This document shows positions 1 to 5,599 of a stretch of 13,230 bases of DNA, piece by piece. A program made the position numbers and the translations under genes. Within the stretch, counting starts at the first letter, position 1; each line of letters opens with the position of its first letter. Origin of the DNA: Verrucomicrobiales bacterium (GTDB taxonomy: Bacteria > Verrucomicrobiota > Verrucomicrobiia > Verrucomicrobiales > V1-33); NCBI GenBank assembly GCA_031411295.1, contig JANOAV010000195.1:1-13230 (forward strand). The letters run 5' to 3'. The notes beneath the pieces are model-generated. The model was given only the letters and a program-made list of their open reading frames with translations. It did not search any database and was not told the DNA's origin.

Positions 1-335
1 GCGATGACCAAGCGCTGCTCGTGATACTCGATGGCCTTGCGGGCGTCTCCCAAGTCCGCGTAGGCGTTGCCGAGGTTGCCAAGCGCGTAGCCTTCCCCGC
101 GTCGGTCCCCGATCTCACGGGCGATGACCAACCGCTGCTCGTAATACTCGATGGCCTTGCGGGCGTCTCCCAAGTCAGCGTAGGCGTTGCCGAGGCTGCC
201 CAGCGCGTTGCCTTCCCCGCGTCGGTCCCCGATCTCCCGGGTGATGACCAACTGCTGCTCGTAAAACTCAATGGCCTTGCGGGCGTCTCCCAAGTTCAGG
301 TGGGCGTTGCCGAGGTTGCCCAGCGCGCTGCCTTC
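1..335 (-). repeat. Tandem 120-bp repeats encoding 40-aa TPR units (about 2.8 units visible, array continues past the edge)
   Basis: 1-120 and 121-240 differ at 7 of 120 positions; 241-335 is a third, more diverged unit. Confidence 0.95.
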
Positions 336-2195
336 TGCTCCCCGATGTTTCGCCACGCGGGCGGCCCGCAGTTGGCTTTCCAGCCAGGTGATGCGCTGGC
401 GTGGATGGAAGCGCAGTTCGCTGGTGTAAGTGATCGAACCCACCAGAGCAATCATTTGCCGAGCGGCAGTCTCCCCCGGCTGTCTGTCCAGCCAAGCGTA
501 GGCAGCCTCGATCTGCTCCCGCTCGCGGTCGAAGAGGGCTAGGCCTGCGATGGCGTTGCCATCCATATAGAGATTGTCTGCTTCGTCGCCCACGGCGGTG
601 AAATGCTGAGCGTGGCTCAAGCGCAGGGCGTCGAGGTCTGCGGAGGGGAGTTTCCCCTGGGCATACTCGGCGGCTAGGTCGTGGAGTTTATAGCGGTCCG
701 TGCCATCCCGATCCAGCAGGCTGCGGCGGACGAGGTGGGCGAGGGTCGTTTCATCTGCTCCTGCAATGGCCTGGGCAGCAGGGGCATCGAAGCTGGAGGT
801 GAAGACGCCGAGGCTGCGCCAGGCGGTTTGTTCCGCTGGGGGAAGCTGATCCTCGCTGAGGCGGAGGGTTTCGGAAATGGTGATCTCATTGGCGTCCGGG
901 GCATCGGCATCCAGGGTGCCGAGTCGGGAGGACTGAAGTTTCTGCAAGTAGCCCGCAACATCCGGCACGCCGCTGTGTTGCTCGCTGGCATCCAGAGCCA
1001 GATGCGCTCCGGCTAGGCGCAGGGCCAGGGGGAGGCCAGCGCAGAGTTTGCTCAAGGCAGCGGCATGGGCGTCCGTGAGTTCGGGGTGGTATTCCCGCAG
1101 CAGAGCGGCGGCATCCTCATCCGGCAGGCGATCCACGGAATACGCTCCCTTGGTGCCGAGGAGGATGTTATTTCTGGAAGTGACAATGAACCCACAACCC
1201 GCTGGCGGGATCAACGGCTTCGCCTGAGCCGCGTCCTTGGCATTGTCCAACACGATGAGGACGCGCTGCCCCGAGAGGACCTGATGGTAAATCTCCTGAA
1301 GAGCCGGAAGCTCGGCAGGGAGTTGCGCGGTGGGATGGTAGGTCTGGATGACTTTGGCCAGGAGGGACTCCGGTGTGGTGGGTCGGGCCTGCGTGCCCTG
1401 ACCATCAAGCCAGAACTGGGCATCAGGAAACTGGGCGGTCCATTCATAAGCCAAGACCAACCCCAAGGCGGTCTTCCCAATGCCACCCATCCCACGCAAG
1501 CCAGTGAGGACGGTGCCGGTGGTGGGCTGCTGGCGGAGGATTTCCAGGTCCTTGGTCCGACCTACGAATCCGCTGAGGCGGGGATTCGGGGGGAGCTGGT
1601 GGAGGCTGCCACGCAAGCTGAGTGCCTGCTGCACGGCTTGGCCAGCGGTGCCAAACTTATGCAGGGTGCCGACCGCTCCGGCCACGGCTTTCATTAGAGT
1701 CTGCACGGAATCCACTTGTTCGTTGGAGGTGCGCTTTACTTTCCCTGCCAAGGGAGTGCCCTCAAACTTCCCAGTGGACACCCGGTCCCGATGCTCTAAC
1801 TGCAACTTGGTCTTACGGGCGATGTCCGCAGCGTCCTTGCCTGCCTCGGCAAATTTCTCCGAGAGATCAGGAGCACAGACGAAGGCAATGACGTCGATGC
1901 CCTGCTGATGCGCATAGTAATATTCAAATTGAATCCAGGAACACTGGAAGCCGGGCATGGCAGGGTCCAGCAAATCCGCATCCGCCCCGTAGCCCATGCC
2001 TGCCAGGTGGATGACGCATTGGCTCTCCCTAAGGTGCTGGGTCAGCAGTCGATGCACATCTCCCGTGGCCGCTCCCAGGCTGTGCTTCTGAGTATAAACA
2101 CGGAATCCCGCCCGGGAAAAGGCGTCATGCAAGACATCCCGCCAGGGTTCGAGGTCAATGGTGGCAGCACTTATGAAAATGGTAGGAGCACTCAT
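1..2195 (-). CDS. NLR-like STAND NTPase: N-terminal DUF4062 (TIR-like) domain, NB-ARC, C-terminal TPR repeats; 3' end lies outside the window
   Basis: Absent from the ORF track because it has no stop in the window. Hand translation from ATG 2195 is open for 731 codons to base 1. N-terminus MSAPTIFISAATIDLEPWRDVL...CVIHLAGMGYG...SWIQFEYYYA fits the DUF4062 pattern. NB-ARC motifs: FVGR, Walker A GMGGIGKT (1470-1493), Walker B LIVLDN, sensor VTSR, GLPLAL, LHDL. These are followed by 40-aa repeats GDRRGEGNALGSLGNAYADLGDARKAIEYYEQ. Confidence 0.92.
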   Translation of the reverse strand, partial: MSAPTIFISAATIDLEPWRDVLHDAFSRAGFRVYTQKHSLGAATGDVHRLLTQHLRESQCVIHLAGMGYGADADLLDPAMPGFQCSWIQFEYYYAHQQGIDVIAFVCAPDLSEKFAEAGKDAADIARKTKLQLEHRDRVSTGKFEGTPLAGKVKRTSNEQVDSVQTLMKAVAGAVGTLHKFGTAGQAVQQALSLRGSLHQLPPNPRLSGFVGRTKDLEILRQQPTTGTVLTGLRGMGGIGKTALGLVLAYEWTAQFPDAQFWLDGQGTQARPTTPESLLAKVIQTYHPTAQLPAELPALQEIYHQVLSGQRVLIVLDNAKDAAQAKPLIPPAGCGFIVTSRNNILLGTKGAYSVDRLPDEDAAALLREYHPELTDAHAAALSKLCAGLPLALRLAGAHLALDASEQHSGVPDVAGYLQKLQSSRLGTLDADAPDANEITISETLRLSEDQLPPAEQTAWRSLGVFTSSFDAPAAQAIAGADETTLAHLVRRSLLDRDGTDRYKLHDLAAEYAQGKLPSADLDALRLSHAQHFTAVGDEADNLYMDGNAIAGLALFDREREQIEAAYAWLDRQPGETAARQMIALVGSITYTSELRFHPRQRITWLESQLRAARVAKHRGAEGSALGNLGNAHLNLGDARKAIEFYEQQLVITREIGDRRGEGNALGSLGNAYADLGDARKAIEYYEQRLVIAREIGDRRGEGYALGNLGNAYADLGDARKAIEYHEQRLVI

Positions 2196-2294
2196 GGTCG
2201 GGAGTGTGGCATGGGTTCCCTCGTTCGTCATTGGTAAATCGTCAGTCATCACTCGTCACTTGGATTGTGCTGTGGAACGTGGACGAGTGAATGT

Positions 2295-2390
2295 TCAAGG
2301 ACAGATCAAAGGCACATTGGGGAAATAGGTTTCAAAGCGATTTTTATCCCGTGTCAGCAAAGTGAATCCCTCTGCCACGAGAACTCGCAT
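2295..2390 (-). pseudogene. Internally deleted PIN/VapC toxin remnant, 31 aa (MRVLV-AEGFTLLTRDKNRFETYFPNVPLICP)
   Basis: The first 5 and last 26 residues are identical to the 131-aa PIN protein at 3547-3942. The 100 missing codons include the DTNV and LPDFF acidic motifs. Confidence 0.88.
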
Positions 2391-2403
2391 ATGGCATCTC
2401 GTG

Positions 2404-2424
2404 CTAGTTCTCGCCACGTAGCAT
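2404..2424 (-). pseudogene. Remnant of the RHH antitoxin gene (only LRGEN* retained)
   Basis: Matches the 3' end of 3956-4201 joined to its upstream region across an AGC microhomology. Confidence 0.75.
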
Positions 2425-2439
2425 CCTTGACTCGGGAAT

Positions 2440-2541
2440 TCAAGATTTCCGGCAGTCTTTGATCCTTTGTAAGGCTTCGGTATAAGCAGCTGCTTCCTCT
2501 GGGGAGGTGGGGGAGGTGGGGGCGGTGGGATCGGTGGGCAT
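2440..2541 (-). pseudogene. LRR-gene 5' stub 3 (33 aa, MPTDPTAPTSPTSPEEAAAYTEALQRIKDCRKS*)
   Basis: Hand-translated; homologous to 4274-4363 and 3306-3470. It resembles the helical cap preceding the first leucine-rich repeat of bacterial LRR/Roc-COR proteins. Confidence 0.6.
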
Positions 2542-2574
2542 GGGGAGGAGGAGTTCAAGATGGGAAGTTCAAGT

Positions 2575-3048
2575 TCAAGGAGAATCCAGTTCTCCTGCTG
2601 CACTGAGGACGGCTGTGCGGACTGAATTTGCGAGGAAGAATCCTGCTTTGGACATCAGTGCGTCCATGATCGGACGGACGGAAGGGATCAGGGCGGCTTG
2701 TTTCGCCAAGAGGAGCACGCCCATGAGGCCAATGACCGGGGCACCTTCCGCTTTGGCTAGTTTGCGCCCGTCGGAATCATCAATCAAGAGCCAGTCCGGC
2801 TGCATTTGCAGGGCTAGGGCCAGGGCTTCAGCTTCGCCTCGATGCACGCTCCAGCAGTATTGTTCCACCTTGGCAAGATCATTCACTGTCAGGACTTCCA
2901 GCCAATCGGGAATCTCTGCATGGTAGGCTAATAACTCTGCACAGACTGCTGGTGGAATGCAGATGCGGCCAAACAACTGGCAAAGTAAATCCGCCTGACT
3001 TATTTTCAGGAGATTGGAAATGGCAGTGGTGTCAGAGACGACGATCAT
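2575..3048 (-). CDS. DUF3368-family PIN-domain protein (putative toxin)
   Basis: 157 aa with motifs MIVVSDTTAISNL, IPPAVxxEL, HRGEAEALALA, LLIDDSDGRKLA, GLMGVLLLAK. It overlaps the upstream UPF0175 gene by ATGA. Confidence 0.9.
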   Translation of the reverse strand: MIVVSDTTAISNLLKISQADLLCQLFGRICIPPAVCAELLAYHAEIPDWLEVLTVNDLAKVEQYCWSVHRGEAEALALALQMQPDWLLIDDSDGRKLAKAEGAPVIGLMGVLLLAKQAALIPSVRPIMDALMSKAGFFLANSVRTAVLSAAGELDSP

Positions 3049-3281
3049 GCCGAGCGTGACTTGATAGCCGCCACGTCCTCCGCGAGGTCTTCTACGGTAT
3101 AATCCATGGGAATCCGCTGCCGTGCCATGATGTCTTGGAATTGGGGCCGGGAAAGCCCCGCTACCTCAGCGGCCCTACCAAAGCCTAGCTGCCCACTGAC
3201 GTATAACCCTAGCGCCAGGCTGAGGTGTGCTTGCTCCGGCGTCAGCCGAGCCTCGATAGGGTCTGGAAGGGTGAGTTGCAT
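3045..3281 (-). CDS. UPF0175-family protein (putative HTH antitoxin)
   Basis: 78 aa with LALGLYVSGQLGFGRAAEVAGLSRPQF...YTVEDLAED; translationally coupled to the DUF3368 gene, the usual pairing for this family. Confidence 0.88.
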   Translation of the reverse strand: MQLTLPDPIEARLTPEQAHLSLALGLYVSGQLGFGRAAEVAGLSRPQFQDIMARQRIPMDYTVEDLAEDVAAIKSRSA

Positions 3282-3287
3282 GGGTGT

Positions 3288-3315
3288 AGGATAGGGAATA
3301 ATGTCTCAAGTGCAA
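3288..3315 (-). promoter_or_regulatory. Candidate sigma70 promoter for the UPF0175/DUF3368 pair, possibly giving a leaderless transcript
   Basis: The minus strand reads TTGCAC-N16-TATCCT-N6-ATG, with no Shine-Dalgarno sequence. Confidence 0.35.
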
Positions 3316-3470
3316 GGGCAAGCGGCAGCGGGCTGAAATCTTCCCGTAAGGCCGAGGCCGGACAAATAAAGGTCGGTGTCTCCCGAGGCCTGGCACTCAC
3401 GGATCAGTTGCTGGGCTTTAGCGTAGGCGTCGCGAGCCTTTGGAGTCATGTGGGCGGTGGGATCGGGCAT
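3306..3470 (-). pseudogene. LRR-gene 5' stub 2 (54 aa): N-cap plus start of the first LRR, then an unrelated tail
   Basis: MPDPTAHMTPKARDAYAKAQQLIRECQASGDTDLYLSGLGLT then GRFQPAAACPCT*. LYLSGLGLT matches the LxLxxxxLT start of an LRR. The tail contains a 16-bp REP fragment. Confidence 0.7.
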
Positions 3471-3546
3471 GGGGGAGGAAGTTGAAAGGCGGTTCGTTCA
3501 TCACTCGTCACCTCGATCATGCTGGGAAACGTGGACAAGTGAATGT

Positions 3547-3942
3547 TCAAGGACAAATCAAAGGCACATTTGGAAAGTAGGTTTCAAAGCGATTTTTATC
3601 CCGCGTGAGCAGAGTGAATCCCTCTGCCTGGGCCTGGGCACCGATGAAGAAATCAGGTAGCGGAGCGGTTCTGGTGCCGCCTCGTTGTCGGTAGGCTTTG
3701 AACGCTTGGGAGGCGAGGTAGAGTGCCTGTTTCGAAAGTTCGGCGTATTGCAACCCGAGGCTGGTTACCACTTGATCCACTTCCGCCGTGGAGGTGGCGC
3801 GGTAACTGAGTTCGGCATAAATGATGGGGTTAATCCACAGGTCAGCTTGCCATCGATTGATCTGTGCATCAGACCATGTTTCCCAGACAGGATCACCATA
3901 GAGCACATCCGTAATCACATTGGTATCGACGAGAACTCGCAT
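3547..3942 (-). CDS. vapC: PIN-domain VapC-family toxin
   Basis: 131 aa with LVDTNVITD, INPIIYAELS, YRQRGG...PLPDFFIGA and LLTRD; all four PIN acidic positions are recognisable. Confidence 0.92.
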   Translation of the reverse strand: MRVLVDTNVITDVLYGDPVWETWSDAQINRWQADLWINPIIYAELSYRATSTAEVDQVVTSLGLQYAELSKQALYLASQAFKAYRQRGGTRTAPLPDFFIGAQAQAEGFTLLTRDKNRFETYFPNVPLICP

Positions 3943-3955
3943 AGGGCATCTCGTG

Positions 3956-4201
3956 CTAGTTCTCGCCTCGTAGCTCCTGCATCATTTCATCAGTGGTGCC
4001 ACGGCCCTTCCAGATTCCGCGCACGGAATCACAAATGTTGGTTGAGCTTGGTTCCGCAACGTCTGGTTCTGCTGCTTTAAGTTTCATGGCAAAGATCAGC
4101 AACTCTAGTGCCTCAGCCTCCACGCTGTGCCCATGTTTGGAAGCCTCCGCTATTAGCCGCTGCCGTAATGGCTCTGTTAAATCTGGAATCGTTAAACTCA
4201 T
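3956..4201 (-). CDS. FitA/Arc-like ribbon-helix-helix antitoxin
   Basis: MSLTIPDLTEPLRQRLIAEASKHGHSVEAEALELL fits the FitA-like RHH pattern, and the C-terminus GIWKGRGTTDEMMQELRGE is typical of PIN-binding tails. The stop is 13 bp upstream of vapC. Start placed at ATG 4201; an in-frame ATG also exists at 4258. Confidence 0.8.
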   Translation of the reverse strand: MSLTIPDLTEPLRQRLIAEASKHGHSVEAEALELLIFAMKLKAAEPDVAEPSSTNICDSVRGIWKGRGTTDEMMQELRGEN

Positions 4202-4273
4202 CTGGAAACATTGGTTTGGTTTAGGGTGAAAAGCAAATTTTAGATTGGGGGGCAGCATCCTTGACTCGGGAAT

Positions 4274-4363
4274 TCAAGATTTCCGGCAGGCTTCGATCTT
4301 TTGTAAGGCTTTGGTGTAAGCGGCTGCTTCCTCTGGGGACATGGGGGCGGTGGGATCGGGCAT
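4274..4363 (-). pseudogene. LRR-gene 5' stub 1 (29 aa, MPDPTAPMSPEEAAAYTKALQKIEACRKS*)
   Basis: Homologous to stubs 2 and 3, with the same stop position as stub 3. Confidence 0.6.
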
Positions 4364-4466
4364 GGGGGGCGGAAGGTTCAAGATTGAAAGTTCAAGTTCG
4401 AGGGAGTGAAGCACGGAACGCTGGAGGTGGATACCAGAAAGTAAGCGTGGCGCAGCCACCTTACCT

Positions 4467-4886
4467 TGGACTGCGGCGTGGGGGTGGATTCAGTGGGAGC
4501 TGATCCGTGGGCATGATGCGGGGGCTTGAGCAAGAGTGTGGAGCTGCCCGCTGGGCTGCTCTGATGCTGTGCGAAGGCTTGGGCAGCCCAGCGGGCTGCC
4601 CCACATTCTTCGGGTTGCTGGGCCTGAGTGCCGCGTTGGGGGTGCTCTGAATCTCGAACGCGCGCCACCGATTCGCGTCTCGCAGCAGGCTGCTTGACGG
4701 AAAGCGGCAGCGGGCTGCCGCAGTCCAGGGAGCCTGCGGCTCGGAGACTGCACCCCATGGCGGTGGATTCCTTTGTGATCATTCCTTTGCCATGCCAATT
4801 CGGTTTGGTTGGCTGCGGGGGGGGCGACTGAGGACAGTCGGCACACGTTCTTTTGGGAGCAGCCCAGCGGGCTGTCCCACATTCTT
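4467..4886. repeat. Cluster of REP-like GC-rich palindromes
   Basis: GCAGCCCAGCGGGCTGYCCCACATTCTT occurs at 4583-4610 and 4859-4886 (27/28 identical), with an inverted copy at 4538-4559 (20/22). A second family forms the hairpin GCGGCAGC-GG-GCTGCCGC at about 4704-4722, and TGGACTGCGGC (about 4467) is inverted with GCCGCAGTCCA (about 4717-4727). Confidence 0.8.
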
Positions 4887-4909
4887 TATGCGGACTTAAG
4901 TCTGAAGCC

Positions 4910-5491
4910 TCAGTTGGATTTCACCCAGCGGAATGGCCAGTAAGGATCCAAGCCACGGGCATCGGCAGGCCTTCCTTTCTCGTCGAAAGGTGCCGTGGGG
5001 CTTTGATCCCTGCGCAAGAGTAGAGCGGATTTGGCATTGCGGAAGAGATACATTTCCGGCCACTCGGACCGATAATCCTTCAGGTTGAGTTTAATCAGGC
5101 CAGAGGCATCGGTTTGGCAGGTTCCTCGATACGTGGAAACGCCAACTCCAAAGATCGTTAGCTCGGCCTGCCGTTGTGGTTTGAGCGTCACCTGAGCATC
5201 ATTATCCATCCCCAAGAGGTGACCATTATGACTTACAAAAGTGGCGCTGCCACCTTGTTGTGTCACCCAAGTCTCCACGTTGTGTTCCTTGAGGTAGGTC
5301 TTGGGTTTGGCAGGGGGAAGAGCCGCAGGGACAGCAGGGGACCCCGCCCTGGCCACGGGTGCTGGCCCGCTCAGGGGAGTCTCTGGCGCACGTTGCATGG
5401 AGCAAGCAACGGTGCCGAAGGAAAGCAGGCACCACCCCATCCAAGGGCGAAAGATGGAATTGGTTCGAGGCGTGGAGGGCGTTAATTTCAT
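4910..5491 (-). CDS. Hypothetical protein, probable lipoprotein
   Basis: Open frame with a basic N-terminus, hydrophobic stretch and lipobox-like TVAC, then a Pro/Ala linker and a beta-rich domain. The start is uncertain (5491, 5515 or 5551). Confidence 0.65.
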   Translation of the reverse strand: MKLTPSTPRTNSIFRPWMGWCLLSFGTVACSMQRAPETPLSGPAPVARAGSPAVPAALPPAKPKTYLKEHNVETWVTQQGGSATFVSHNGHLLGMDNDAQVTLKPQRQAELTIFGVGVSTYRGTCQTDASGLIKLNLKDYRSEWPEMYLFRNAKSALLLRRDQSPTAPFDEKGRPADARGLDPYWPFRWVKSN

Positions 5492-5599
5492 AGGCGGCTG
5501 GCTGGGGTGGGTCATAATCGCTGATCCCAGTCCGTCATCGGTTAAGCGCAACCATTACGGTCGCTGTTTTCAGTCCGGTGCAGTTCCCTGGGCAAAGTC

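Larger units (their letters stand above)
2246..2580. repeat. Condensed direct-repeat copy of 3498-4402, lacking two internal segments
   Basis: 2246-2376 aligns to 3498-3628, 2377-2422 to 3929-3974, and 2423-2580 to 4257-about 4402. The missing segments are 3629-3928 (300 bp) and 3975-4256 (282 bp). Confidence 0.93.

Noticed and set aside
1..335. DGR-like adenine variation (AAC/TAC/AGC) in the TPR repeats
   Set aside because: Most differences are not at adenines and over half are synonymous. No reverse transcriptase or separate template repeat is visible in the window.
21..2237. Plus-strand ORFs 21-542, 681-1016, 1065-1697, 1480-1908 and 1908-2237
   Set aside because: They are antisense shadows of the NLR-like gene; the repeats in 21-542 simply mirror the TPR codons.
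2295..2603. 102-aa poly-proline ORF from the track
   Set aside because: It reads out of frame through stub 3 and the leader repeats; only the last 31 codons are PIN-derived.
2246..4402. CRISPR array or integron attC array
   Set aside because: The repeats are long, irregularly spaced and coding-derived. I saw no constant repeat-spacer period, no convincing attC ends and no integrase or cas gene.
4378..4882. ORFs 4378-4782, 4490-4882 and 4628-4831
   Set aside because: They run through GC-rich REP palindromes and show no recognisable protein motifs.
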